From positions 13,020,001-13,084,000 of the forward strand of contig OU015566.1 of assembly GCA_907165135.1 (NCBI GenBank): DNA of 64,000 nucleotides, written 5' to 3'. A program made the translations under genes and the position numbers. Each line of letters begins with the position of its first letter. Position 1 is the first letter of the stretch. Below are positions 12,752 to 26,866 of the stretch, piece by piece. The notes beneath the pieces were generated by a model, which was not told where the DNA came from, searched no databases, and saw only the letters and a program-made list of their open reading frames with translations. The DNA is from Oikopleura dioica (taxonomy: Eukaryota; Animalia; Chordata).

Positions 12752-13459
12752 TAGGCTTATTAATGAAAAAAATAATCTTTTTTTCTAGCTTGATAAAGTG
12801 CTCATATGACACAGTTTTTGAAAGCCCAGAACCTGAGCGTTAATTTGGGCACCATATCAAGGGGTCTGGGCCGTGCCCGCACGGCGATTCAGGGGCCCGG
12901 AAGTCCCAAAATAGGCTCTAGAACGCTTTAATCGCCTGGGGCAACCGCCTCCACGCTCGAGAAGTCTCGTGACCATTTCTAAGTGAAAGAGCTTGTTCTG
13001 AGCTTTCAGTAGATACCAAACAATCCTGCTTGCCTGTGCTAACGTGTAAGTTAGAACCGAAAAGAAGTCGTTTTTGCACCCAAAATTAAGGGAAATCCGG
13101 GCTTTTCTCCTGCAAAAGATGGAAAAATACCATGCTTTTTTGGCAGTTTATCGTTTGTAGATGACTTTAGGAGAAAGGCAAGCAGGATTACTTGACATCT
13201 ACTGAAAGCTCAGACCCTCAGCTTTCACTGAGACGTAGTCACGAGACCTCTCAAGCGTGGAGGCGGTTGCCCCAGGCGATTTTAGAGATCTAGTGCCTAT
13301 TTTTGGAGTTCCGGGCCCCTGAATTGCCTTGCAGGCATAACCCAGACCCCTTGATATGGTGCCTAAATGAAAGCTTAGGTTCTGGGCTTTCTAAGGCTGT
13401 GTTATGTGACCCTTATATCAAGATAGAAAAAAGGGTTGATTTTTTCATTAATAAGCCTA
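12752..13459. mobile_element. 708-bp non-autonomous element with ~284-bp imperfect inverted arms (family F)
   Basis: Ends TAGGCTTATTAATGAAAAA / TTTTTCATTAATAAGCCTA; arms 12752-13035 and 13176-13459; TSD ATCATTAA at 12744-12751 and 13460-13467 (or 10 bp AATCATTAAT if the termini shift by 1). Confidence 0.9.
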
Positions 13460-14744
13460 ATCATTAATTAGTATTTCAAAAAGAAGCCGTAGCAGTTGTA
13501 TTTTGAGATTGAGGATAAAAACGTGTGAAACATTAACAACTACAGATTTTACGCTTTGCCGTGAAAATGTATATTTTCACCCAAAGTGGGCTTTTAGACC
13601 GCGCCCTCAACCCGGAAATCCAAATTTCAAACTACACTTTTTCATGTGAAGATAAACCCTTAACTTTTACATAACTCTTATCAACTAAAGCGGTTATAAA
13701 TATAAAATTTTGGCTTGTTTAAGGCCTATATGAAGGTTTTAACTTCATTCTGGTCAGTTTAAATAAGGGTGTCACAATGTTATTTTTTGAAGAAAAGCCC
13801 GTTGCAAATTTGAAGGAAAGATGTCTCCCCCCTTGCATTGACAGTAGTAGATCCTTAGTCAAGCAGTATGCGCATGAGGAGCCTGCTCTATTAGGTTAGC
13901 CAGGGTGTGGCTTATTGTTTTGTGTTTGTAGTTTTTCTCCTTCGTTGTTGGTAGGAGTAGCGAGTTCGCGAAAATCGCCTCACAACGCTGAGCAAAAACC
14001 AGCTGAAGACGGATTTATGCAAATTGCCCATATTGCCCAAACAGCTAACAACGCTTGTATACGACGCTTGCGGGAAAATAAGATACTTACTGTTTACAAA
14101 AGTAACATCGGGTAATTACGCGAAAGGGAGGGGGTTTTGGACAGGCTCCATCAGAATCAGCTGGTTTTAGAGAGAATTCGATTTTAGCGACTTGGAATTC
14201 CAAGTTCCGATTCTTTAAAAAATGGAAAATCTCAAATTCTAGTTTTCGGTATTTTTCGCACGTTCTATTATTTGTGTGATTAGATTCAGCGCACTCAGCA
14301 GGCGCTTCCGGCGCAGGGGAAGCAGATTAGCGAAGTACCACAACGCTCCCAGGTGCACAAACGCAAACGCAATTCCCGATTCCACAGGCTTATCCAAATT
14401 CGCTCAGTAGTGACTCTCTCTCCTTATCGATCCAAGCAGCTTCGGAATAAATTCAACATCTTGGCACCTTGATTTTTTGGTGCACACGCGGCTACGCGTA
14501 ATTACGAATTTCGGAATTCATCGCAGCGATGAAAATTATCGCCAAAGTTTACACACGCTGCCCGTAAACATGAACATTAAAAGAAATTCCAATACTCGCT
14601 CACGTGACCCCAAGGCGATAATCTGCTCCCTTAATTAGCCTGTGAATATTCTTCGCGAAAATTTTAGAACTTAGCGGAAATTTTAAAGAAGGAATTTCCG
14701 CAAAACTTTTTTTCGAAATCGATGGATCCAAATATTTTATTCAG

Positions 14745-16046
<1,302 letters not shown>

Positions 16047-16867
16047 AAAAGCACTTTCCAAAACTATTTTTCGTGTAAATACAACTCAAAATGCTCAAAC
16101 TGTAAAAAAAAGCCATTTGTATATTTTCAGCAGAAGAATCTTCCGTTTGGCAATTTTCCGTCTTTTCAACCGGGGGCTAAACACAGCTCTATGTGTACTA
16201 TAAATTTTTAATCTGAGGAATTCTATCATTTTGAGCTCGACCGGAAGTCCTAAAGCCAGCTAGTCGTCTATTAATATCCGTATATTTTAGTCCCACACAA
16301 TTTAACTACCATAATTTGCAATATCATCGTTTTTCTCGAGTAAAAGTTGACTATTTAGATCTTGAATAATTAAGATGTGTTATCCAGATATAAATAAATA
16401 GGAGACGGAAGACGACTTGGCTCATCCAGCTCAGGGACCGCGAGTTGCTTCCCGTTCTGTGGGCAAAATAGAAATGGATGAAACTTTAGAAAATTCTGGA
16501 AAATAAACACATCACGTGGCAATATTATATGAAAGTCTTTATTAATATGTAAAACACTTCACAAATAAAATCAGGCTGAAGACACGACAACAAAAGTCTA
16601 CTATGCTAGGGATTCATTTTATAAAAAAAAAACATAAATCTTGATCGGCCTCTTTGCTGAAATTTTATTTGAGGTATTGCTTTATATCTCGAAAAATTCC
16701 AAAAGATGGCGCCAAGTGAGCCGAACGATCCAGCCGATTTCCACGGATCTCGGCATGATACCGCTGCTGCTACCCGTAGTTTCCCAAGATCTTAGATCGA
16801 ATTGTGAGCAGTGTCATATTTATTTTTAACAACTCAAATTTTTTATCAAACATATTCATTATCTTCA

Positions 16868-18559
16868 TCAGCAGACATCGAGTAAGAAGTTGGCATTGGA
16901 ATGGGCTGCATCCTCGTTGATGCTCGCGATTCTTTAGCAGCAGTCATCATTATCAACTTGGCAAGAGTTTCCTTGTCTAGGGATCGGAGCAATTCTTCAT
17001 TTCCTGAAATTAAAGATAGCAACTTTTTTTACTGACTTGAAAAAACCTGTCTGTTTCTGAGGTTTTTCTTCGGGCTCAAGCGGATCAATCCCCGCGAATT
17101 TTACAGTTTGCCTGAATTTTTTAAAAATTATTTGATGAAATTATAAAGAAGAACTACCTTTGAGTTCGAACTGGCAGAGGAGATTCTTTGAGCTCGGAAT
17201 TGAGCTCTTGCAAACTCCTCAATCTGCGTTGTCGAAGAGGACTCGATCCCAAATCGAATTTATTACTTTGAAGGGTCGGAATCTTTAATCTGTAAGCAAG
17301 ACGTTAATTACTATCATGAGAAAAGGAACATTTACGAATTCTGCTGCGCTTCATTTCTTTCACTGACATCTTCTCTTATCTCTTCACTTGCTCTTTCTAC
17401 ACTCAGCTGAGGGATAAAAGGGATTGTCTTAACCGTGGAAGTTGTATTTTCTGTAGAGACAGATAGTCTCTGAGAAACGCGTTTTTCATTCTTGTACGAT
17501 TTTCTCGCCATTTCCGAATTTCGCTTCGCCTTGGTGAATTTTTGCGTAAAGCCTTCGCGAGAAAGCTCTGCGTTCATGCTCACGAGAGTCACTTTCGTTT
17601 TCGTCTACGGTGGATTTTAGTGGTGAAATCATGGAAGAGTACCTTGATCTTTCGAACGAAAGTATTCAAACTCGTTCTACTTGACCACCGAAGTTGTATG
17701 TAAGTGTAGATCATGAGAAAGGAGAAAATGAATGTGGCGCTTGTTGAAATCACATAAACCCCTGAAAAGTGAAAATTCGTTCTTATGAAAACCGACTTAC
17801 AGAAAAAGACGGAATAATTGAGAGCGCCTTCGTCCAAATCTTCATCGACTTCAGCTTGACTGACAACGATCGTCCACCCAACACAAATAAAGACTTGAAA
17901 AGCGAAGGAGGCTAGGTTCAGAACGCCGACGATATAAAATATGTAAGAACGCACCAGGAAAGGAAGATATGAAAGAGACACTAGAATCGAGTCATAAAAA
18001 GATTCAAGAAAATAACTCACAAAAAGCGATTTTGAGGAAACTTGTGACTGCTGCCATTGAACTGATGACAAAAACCAAGTCTTCTGGCCAATGCAGCCAA
18101 AACCGTGACCCGTAATTTGGGCAATTTTCATCCCAGACAAATTCGCTAGTGTCATTTTCGTGGAATTCTTTTTCAGCATTGTAGAATTTCTGCCAGCTTA
18201 TGCATTCTCTTTGCTGCTCTTTTGGCTCCTCTCGAAGGATCTTTGATCTAACAGAGGTTAAGGAAGAAGCTGTTGTTGTTGCTAACTCTGTTGAAGTAGA
18301 TTGGTCCTCGTTGTTGTCAATAAAAGTGATGCAACAAATTTGGAAGAGACCGAGGTCAATTTCCGGAACTACATTTTTCGGGGTACCATCTGTTTCTAGT
18401 TCAACTGTGCTCCATTTTGCATACGAGATAGCTTTCAAAGGGCTTTTTAGCAGTTCCGAAAGAGTAATCAAAAAGCAGAAAGGGGCCCGTTCCGAAAATA
18501 TCAAAAATCTGTACAACGGCAAAAACGATCGAATAAACAGTTCCCACTCGTATTTCCAT
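16868..18559 (-). CDS. Four-TM PMP22/claudin-superfamily-like protein with long cytoplasmic tail
   Basis: Spliced model: MEIRVGTVYSIVFAVVQIFDIF|AISYAKW (TM1+W), loop with DLGLFQICC, TM2 LVFVISSMAAVTSFLKIAFLSLSYLPFL, TM3 YIFYIVGVLNLASFAFQVFICVGW, TM4 YSVFFWVYVISTSATFIFSFLMIY, tail ending ...NFLLDVC*. About 8 exons with compatible phases; first intron is GA-AG. Confidence 0.7.
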
Positions 18560-18834
18560 ATGCTCGCTCTCTTTTCTGAGAAAAGTTTTCTCTAAGTACC
18601 TTTTTTCTTCTCTTTTTCCAACTTTTGCTTGTTCTTTCTTGCTCTCGAATACACGAAATGAAGAATGCTTTATTTTGCATAACTCGATGAGCACACATAG
18701 TAATAATGGTCGTCTCGGCAAATGTCATGAGACGAACACGGTAAAATATTTGACGAAAATCCCCCAAAGAGAATACCACAAACTTACTATTCATTCTTTT
18801 CGATGATTTGGAAGCTAGGCTAGGCAACCTGCGT

Positions 18835-19012
18835 AGAAAACCTGAGTCAGGGTTTGAAAGATCATCTATGAAAAGCCGCGAAGAATTGTCTTTCCAATTT
18901 ATACTCAAATTCTAGCGAAGCCGCTTGGCGGCTTAGTTTTTAAAAAACACGCTTTTCATAAATGATCTTTCAGGCCCTGACTCAGGTTTTCTACACAGAA
19001 TACCGAGCCTAG
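18835..19012. mobile_element. MITE family A copy
   Basis: CTAGGCTAGGCAACCTGCGTAGAAAACCTGAGTCAGGG ... CCCTGACTCAGGTTTTCTACACAG...CGAGCCTAG. Confidence 0.85.
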
Positions 19013-20080
19013 CTTGAAAGATGCTCAAATTATTAACTCTAAACCGGCATAGCTTTTAACAGTTCAGTAGTTGTCAAAGTGGACTTCAAGCAAACGCATT
19101 AAAAGTTGCATTAATCATCATCTGGTAGTGTATCGCTAATGAAAGTAACTTTAAAATAATCAAAATCAATTATTGCAGCTCAAACGACAGCTCTGCGACA
19201 GATGCCCTCCTTAATTATCCATTTTTCATTCTCATCCCCATCCACCCTCTTTTATTTTTATTACTCCGATCTTATTTATTTATACTAAAGTTAGTGTCTT
19301 AATAAATAAAGATTCGTATTTGGTGAATACGTATTCTTCTTCTTTTTTTGTGAATATTGACAAGTTAGTTATATTTCAGACGAAAAAATATATCGAGAAA
19401 GAAAATATGTTGGCTAATTAAGCAAATACAAGCTGTTGAATTAATAAGATAAAGAAATAAAGCGGATTTTCGCCGTGTCATTAACCAATGCACCATTAAT
19501 TATACAACTAATTGCATGTATCAATGCTGAAAATGAATATTTGCATATTAAACCCTCTTTCTTACAGTCTACCGGTAAAAAGGTGAGCTGAAAAAATTTC
19601 TTCATGCATGATTTGAGCGAAAACCTGGAGTTTGTTTTTATAGGGGCAGTCAATCATGCGTGCGTGAAGCTATAAATCTCCTAAGTAAAAGTAAGGTTTC
19701 GTCAAAATGTGAAATTTTCAACCGAGAAAGATTGAACAAAAGATTTTTTTCTGAAAAGGTACAATTCAATGAAGTAAAAATGAAAATCAAGATTCTCTGC
19801 TTCTGCTGCAATGCCACTCATTAAAATTATGGGCCATAACCGATACAATTCAATCGTGACAAAAAAATCATGACTAATTATACCACTTTATACTTTTTTG
19901 TATGTTTTTGATTTAATCCACTTCTGGATTTCTGTATGACCAAAACCTGCCTTACAAAATAAAAACTCAAAAAATTATCTTTACTTATTTATATTTTTAT
20001 TTACAGTAACAGTGCTAGAACAATCAAATCCAATTCTGAACAGTTCCATGAACAGGCTACAGTTCTCTTCCTTGCCACTT

Positions 20081-22598
20081 TCATTCAGCATTCGTGCTCG
20101 CTATCTTCGCCAAACTTGAGCTCCCCGCTAGGTTGAGTCGTTGTTGCTGTTCTAGAGCTCCGAATCGTTCGAGGAGATTTCGCTCTGGCCCATGACTTTG
20201 GAGGTAGCCCATGGCGAGTGCGGGGGAGGGAAAGAGCATGTTGTTGAGTAGACTTGTTGGCTGAAAATCAAGCTTTAGTTATTGATGACTTTATGAGTCT
20301 GGAACTAATTAGTACTTAGTGATTGCTTATTGAAATTTGAGTCTATGTTTCTGTAATGGGAATCTACCTGTAATCGGCTGAGGCCATTATCAGTCTGTGT
20401 CTGACGTTTCCATTTATTTCTTCGGTTTTGGAACCAGATCTTGACCTAGAATTAGAGTAAGGCGGTGAGCTTTTAAAAAAGAAAAAGTACCTGAGTTTCA
20501 GTAAGATTCAGCTGCGTCGCCAAATTCGTCCGCTCGCTACTAGACAGATACCGTTTTCGCTCGAACCAGGTCTCGAGCTGGAAGATCTGCGCCCGACTGA
20601 ATGAACAAAAATTTAATATTTATTCGAAAAGATAAAAAAGAAACAATTTAAGGCAATTGTTTTCTGAGTAATGAACGCGCTCGTTGAGTGGCAATTAGCG
20701 CACACTGCGGCGAAAAAAAAGTTAAAGACACATCGAAAATTCATAGACGAATCAATCTCCTAATTGAGGAGCAGCCGACGATCAAGTTTGTCTGTAGTTG
20801 CTCACCTGAAAACTGTGCGGGTTTTCTTCTTCTTTGCTTCTCCGCCGCAAGTTTCTTCTGAGGAGTTTGCGTCTTCTTCAACAAGGTCCAACTAAAATTT
20901 CGTTTTAGCGGATGACAATTTTTCATTTTGCAAATCATTGAAATTGACAAAATCTTAAGGGGCTGAACACCGTTAAGACCGATATTCAAATAGATTTCTT
21001 TCACAAGTTAGCAATGTGACACCCTTATTTATCTCGCTCAGAGGAATATTTCTAGCTCGATAAAAGACTTTTCTATTAAAAACTCGGATAAACAGCGTCT
21101 ACCCCCTTAAGGAGGGGGTCGACGAGAAATTTTTTTGATGATTGACGCAGGGTACTTACGTCTAATGCTTCTTCTTTGGAGCTATCAGTGGGTGACTTAG
21201 GTGGAACGCTTGGAATCGGTAGCTTTTCACTCTTGAGCAGCTCTTCATAATCTAAAAGTCCGTTAATTCGACATCATTAGAGAAGGATTCTCTGATTTTA
21301 CTGGATATACGATTGTAGAGTTAAATATTCATTTCCCAAAAGCGCCCCGGACTAAGTGTAAAAAGATAAAGCTGTTCATAATTGAATGCCTAACAGGGCC
21401 GAAAATCGACAATAAAAGCCGTCAAACAGAATTAATTGCCGAACAAGGAAGAAATAATTTGGCGCCGGTCGAACTTCAGTCACGCTTTACCAGTGTAACC
21501 AATTGACAGACTATTGCTTCTACTAATGAGATTAAGAATTCACTTTCGTGCCAAAATTTTGCCTAAAGCTATCCTTGTTGATTTCTGGACTTACCGTTGG
21601 AGTCAGTTTTGGTATCCGTACTGCCCTGATTCGCTCCCAAAACGCCCATCTGACGATTCAACTGGCCCCTCAGAAACATCTGGGCTAGCAAGCTCTGTCT
21701 TATCAGAGCTTCGGACAGGGTGGAGTTCAGAGCATTTGGCTGGTCGGCATTATTTGATGCGCCGTTGGCAAGGTCCATGACCGGGTTGTTTAGGCCTCCA
21801 AGACCTGGATAGAGGCTGGAGTACAGTCCGCTCTAAAAGATACTTCGTTATTTTCCATAACTTTGATGATCAATTTGAGTTGGTCAAAAAGTCGAATCCG
21901 ATGCGCGTTAAAAGGATAAGATAATGGATCAATTGCAAGTAAACGGGATTAGATTAAATATTAAATCTGACGGTTTAATAGTTTCGTCGCCATTAATATC
22001 TAATAACGAATTATGAGCAATTGAGATAAAAATTGAGCCGCCAGATTGCCCGTGTAATGCATCAATAAGTGACAGTTAAGCTCCTCGATAATCGAACTTC
22101 ACGACAAAGTCATTTTGCATCATCGTTGATCGAGTTCGGCTCATTATTGGAAGCTCGAAATCCGTTTCTTACCTGAAGCAATCCTGGAGCTACTGAAGAT
22201 CGGAGGAGGCTGTTGGCTGATAGAAGCTGGCAAGGAGAGTATCCAGGGGGGAAAACCAGGGATGAGTTGCGGGGCTGCAGCTTCTGAAGCTCCACCAAGG
22301 AGATTTGCGATGCTAGAATTGATGTTTAGCTTTTCATTTAAAAATAAATGGCCAAAAAATGATTTTTTTTTATTGAAATTTGCTCTTTGCACTAGAATAT
22401 TTTGCTTACGAACCTGTATGGAAGTCCTCTAGAATTCTTCGAATCCCCGTCTTTCTCCGACCCAGACTCTACTGCTTTCTCTTGCTCAGCATCAGAGACA
22501 CTTTGAGCTTGAGCTTTTCTTTCTTCTTCAATCTCGATTTTGCCCATTGCTTCTTCTTGAATTCGACTAGCAGAAATAGCTTGAGCTGTGTCTTCCAT
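20081..22598 (-). CDS. Hmx: Hmx/NK5 homeobox transcription factor
   Basis: Homeodomain split over exons 20891-20806, 20596-20491 and 20445 onward: [10 protein letters not shown]|[35 protein letters not shown]|[15 protein letters not shown] (NK5 signature). eh1-like SSIANLLG near N-terminus; ATG 22598, TGA 20081-20083. Confidence 0.92.
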
Positions 22599-23714
22599 GA
22601 TTTCAATTTGAATTATTCGAAACGATTAAAGTAAAAAGTCCAGTGCTCGACGAATAAAATTTGATTGCGGAAAGAAGGTGGCGCTTGGGAGCGCATCGCC
22701 CCGCGGGTCAGGCCCAACAGCGCCACGGGAGAATGAAAAATAATTGAAGGGATTACTCGTTAATTATTTACCATCCAAGAACAGGAGTTTATATCTTCAA
22801 AGATATGTACTAGCAATGAAAATTTGTCTTGATATATCTAAAGCTAACGAAGGGATGAAAGTTAGGAGATTTCATGAGCTAAGGTGAAGGAAGTAACTGT
22901 AGCGGGATTTTTGATAGACGATGAATAATTTAATGCCCCTTTTTTGCTTTAAAAATGTCAAGTTTTTTGTCACCTGCTGCAAATGGCCCATTTGAAATGG
23001 GAATCAACAAAGAGATTTTCCTTCGAAAAATGTTTTTAAGGCTAATATTATAAAAAAGTTTCTTACTGTATGAAAGATTCTACCTATACATCAGACCGAC
23101 TGAAATATTGATTCATAGTCCTTGAAATTACACCTTCTGTTACCATTCATAAAAGTAAAAGTACTCAAAGTACATCTAAATGATGAATACGCATATCAAA
23201 GATATTGACGCTAATGATCGCATATTAAATAATATGACCCTACAAGCTGAGCATGTAATTGCAAAGGCTATTGCAAAAATAATCGGCTTATTTAATGGAG
23301 ATGACCAAATTCTGAGGTTTCATCGCAAATGGGTAAAATTAATGCTGATTGAAAATTGGATTAATTATCTCTCGATTCTCTCTAAGAGATTTCAATTATG
23401 GTAAAATGATGGCTTGTAATGGCCCTATCTTCATTTACCAAAGAGGTTAATTGACTTACCATTCATGGCATTCGATGCAGACATGTCTTTTTGGGGACTC
23501 TTGCTTGGTTCTTCTTGTCATTGTCTTCTATATTCACGAAATAGACTGCCACTTTGATCTTCCTCAAGAAAAACGACAGAAATTTGCCCTCGATTCTTAG
23601 CAAAAGACGAATCAGGTCCTTCTGAGATTCAAGAAGATTAACCGGATTCATCTAGAGATCGCAATCTTCATCAATGCTAGACGAAATACCAGAATTCCAG
23701 CACAAGATTGACAT

Positions 23715-23817
23715 TTAGGCTCGTCAACTTGTGAAAAGAGCCTGAGTCAGGGTATGAAAGGTCTGAAAAATCTTTCAGACCCGGACTCAGGTTTTCCATA
23801 CAGGTTGACGAGCCTAG
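23715..23817. mobile_element. MITE family A short copy
   Basis: TAGGCTCGTCAAC...CCTGAGTCAGGG ... CCCGGACTCAGG...GTTGACGAGCCTA. Confidence 0.8.
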
Positions 23818-24391
23818 ATTCTCATAAATCTTCAGAAAAGGAGTCTGAAAATGTCTTTGTCATTTGAAATGTACAAAGAGCAATAGTCTTTTTACTGAAA
23901 ATTGTTCAAAGAACAGTTCATAAATAAGTCCACTGGGAAAACCATCCGCTTTCCCCCACTTCCCGGCAGATTCCCTTTCATTAATCTCTATTTCCCATAT
24001 TCCCTTTGAATTGACAATGCTCGATAATTTGCTTTTTGACAAGGTGCTCCCGTGTTTTATTTTATTGCTGCAGGTTGATCCCCCGATCTTTTCTTAGTGG
24101 GGAGGGGCGGCGGGCCGCTTTGATTGAGGGTAGTTGCATGAAATCGCCCCATATGGACAATACAGAAAAAACGCAATATGGACCATGTCGAGTAATAATA
24201 ATCACGCGGAAAGAATTGAACAAGAAGGGATGGAAATGCTTCCGACAATTATCGGCCGACTTCAATCGAATAAACCTATTACTGAGAGTTAGATTTATGA
24301 TTGTCGATCTTTTCACATCTCATTAACATTCTCATTGATCAAAGATCTTCAAAAATAAAGAATTGAAATTTTAAAAAAATTAGAAATGCTG

Positions 24392-24515
24392 AACTCGGTC
24401 TTAAAAACCTGAGTCGCGGTGTCAAGCATTGTAAAAGGAAAGCCGCGTAGCGGCTTTTTCAAAAACGAAGCCGCAAAGCGGCTTCGCCAGAATTTGAAAC
24501 ATGACTCAGGATTTT
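24392..24515. mobile_element. MITE family A degenerate copy
   Basis: AAAAACCTGAGTC ... AAGCCGCGTAGCGGCTT, AAGCCGCAAAGCGGCTT ... GACTCAGG. Confidence 0.65.
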
Positions 24516-25136
24516 TTCACTGATAATCTTGCCAAGCTCATAAGTGCTTATGAAAGTGTTGTATGCATGACATGTTGGACAGGCGTCGACTTGTGGGTAC
24601 GCATATGATTATTGATATAATTAGCCGCTTGTGTCTATGCTCATATGGGTTGTGAACGGGTGATGAATTCAACATGGCCATTAGCAAGAAGTTGCGATAT
24701 TGAGTATTAGTGAGAAAGAAGGAAGAAAAGACAAAAAGCCGTTTTAAAATATTCTTTCTTTTTGCTGTACCTCAAATATTCATGAGTACAGATGATTAGT
24801 AAATCCGCCCCGCGCTCATTAGACAAATGCCCAGAAACTATACATAATGAAAATTGGTGGGAAAATCGCCATTGCCAAATGATCAACACCACCGTTTCAA
24901 ATCAATACTACAGTGTCTTCAAAAATGGTCTTCTGCTTAAATTTGTTTGAATCTTGGAATTTTTGAAATTAGCATTTTGAAATTCAAGAGACGTCACCTA
25001 AAAAGGCGCCACATCAAAATTCAACAGGAGTTCCTCCGAATTACTGTATTTTTTGAATTGTACAAGTATTTTGCGCTGCAGGAAATTTTAAAATGAAGAT
25101 ATGGTAGCATTTGTGTAAAGCATGGAAACTGACTGT

Positions 25137-26426
25137 TCAGGACTTCTCCTGGGCTTGTTTTTCTTTTTCTTCCCTAGCTGCTTCTTTTTTCTCGCCGGCT
25201 TCGAGCATTTTATCGTGCTGTTCTTCCTTGTACTTTTTCCAGCCGAGATAAGCGAGGGGTCCCGTCAAAGCCACTAGAAATTCAGGGTCATTTTCCGTCT
25301 TTTTTTTGGCGCTTTAGAGCTGCACCAAGAGGTTAATTCAATCTGACATTTTCCCACAAATTGGATAGTTTCTAATTGAGTCCAAAAAAAAACGCCCAAT
25401 ATTGTCGAATAGGTGCTTTTATGCCAAATAGAAAAAGTTTTCATAATTGACAAAAAATGACAAAAATTCGTTTGATTTGAAAACGTTGGCGATTCTGATC
25501 ACGTGCAACCTGCTTTCTAGCGCTTATACAGAACGTGGTCGTTACAAGACCACATAATGACAGACTTGTTTATCCTCTAGCTCTATACGAATTCTTACGT
25601 ATGAAAATATAAAGCCACGTTCCGCTCGATTTCGCAGGTTCCGGCTCTGGCTCAGGTGACGTTTCTGGCGCTTTTGTTGGCCTGACGATGTTCTGAAGAG
25701 TTTTGAGTTAGCTTTGATTTCTACCGAGGCTGACGTACAGGAACAATCAGCCTTCTCAATTGTCAAGTTCTCGTTTTCTAAAATACCAATTTCGAGGTCT
25801 TCGGCTTTGCTCCTGCTTGCACTTTTGCCACGATTTTGCCCGAGCCCCCTGATGATTTCTTCTTTTTTGACTTTTTCTGAGCCGCTGCTTTTGGAGGAGG
25901 CTTCTTTTTTGGCGGCTCTGGCTGCATGAAAAGTTCAGGTGGAACGGAAGCACCCTTGCACCAGCCGTTGTTGTCGCCATCTACTCCACATTCTTCCGGT
26001 TTATACTGCTCTCCTCCGTAGCAGACTAACCCTGGAGGACAGGCAGGTCCTTTTCCCTGAAATATAATGGTAAAAAACGCTGATAAAGGATGATTTCCTT
26101 ATCAAAATCCGCAGCGCGCGTGGATGAACAACTCTTATGTTTCAATTACTCGGGATTTCGATGATCTTGGCCGTATCTTAACCCTATTACTCGCGGCTCT
26201 TACTTGACATCTTCTGTGAAAATATCAAGAACGAATCATTTTCGAAAACATATCTATTTATTTTTTCCCAAGAAAGAGCCATAAACCTTGTTGATTTATT
26301 CATAAACGTTGTTTTAGGACAATATATTTGAACATAATGCTCTTGAATTAGCATAAAGAGCCTTAGAAGTACCTTTGGCTTGGCAGAAACCGAACTGTAG
26401 GAAAGCAAGAAGGTCGTAACACGCAT
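25137..26426 (-). CDS. Orphan ~190-aa protein: signal-like N-terminus, 4-Cys motif, K/P-rich linker, short hydrophobic segment, charged tail
   Basis: Four exons with consistent GT-AG phases: MRVTTFLLSYSSVSAKPK|GKGPACPPGLVCYGEEQYKPEECGVDGDNNGWCKG...KKKPPPK...|NIVRPTKAPETSPEPEPEPAKSSG|TAKKKTENDPEFLVALTGPLAYLGWKKYKEE...QEKS*. Confidence 0.6.
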
Positions 26427-26866
26427 AATCCTTGATCCGGGATTAGCCTTTTAGGAATTTTCGTTTCTCTTTCGTTGACCGTGGCCAGTGCTTCTCTTTG
26501 AGTTTCACGTTCAGCCCTTTTCCTAGCCTTGAGCTAGTTGCCCGTTCTATTAGCTTATCACGCCTTTCAAGTTGAAAATACGTAAAAATAGTTCTTATCA
26601 ATTCGTGTGGCCAGAAGAGAATAGTGTAACGTTGGAATCGAAACTAGTCCTAGCCAGCGTCGAAACCAATTGAGAGAGTGCAACGCAGAAAATGCCCACC
26701 GGCGATTCTAGCTTCAAAAGTACAATTCAGCCAGCTCCTCAAAGTAAAAGCAAGAGAGAGGATCTCACGCCCCTTGCTGCAACACGAGGTCAAAAGGACA
26801 CGTAACGATGCGACGCAACACTTTGTTGGTAGTTTATTAAACAAAGCTCAACAAAATCATAAGCAG

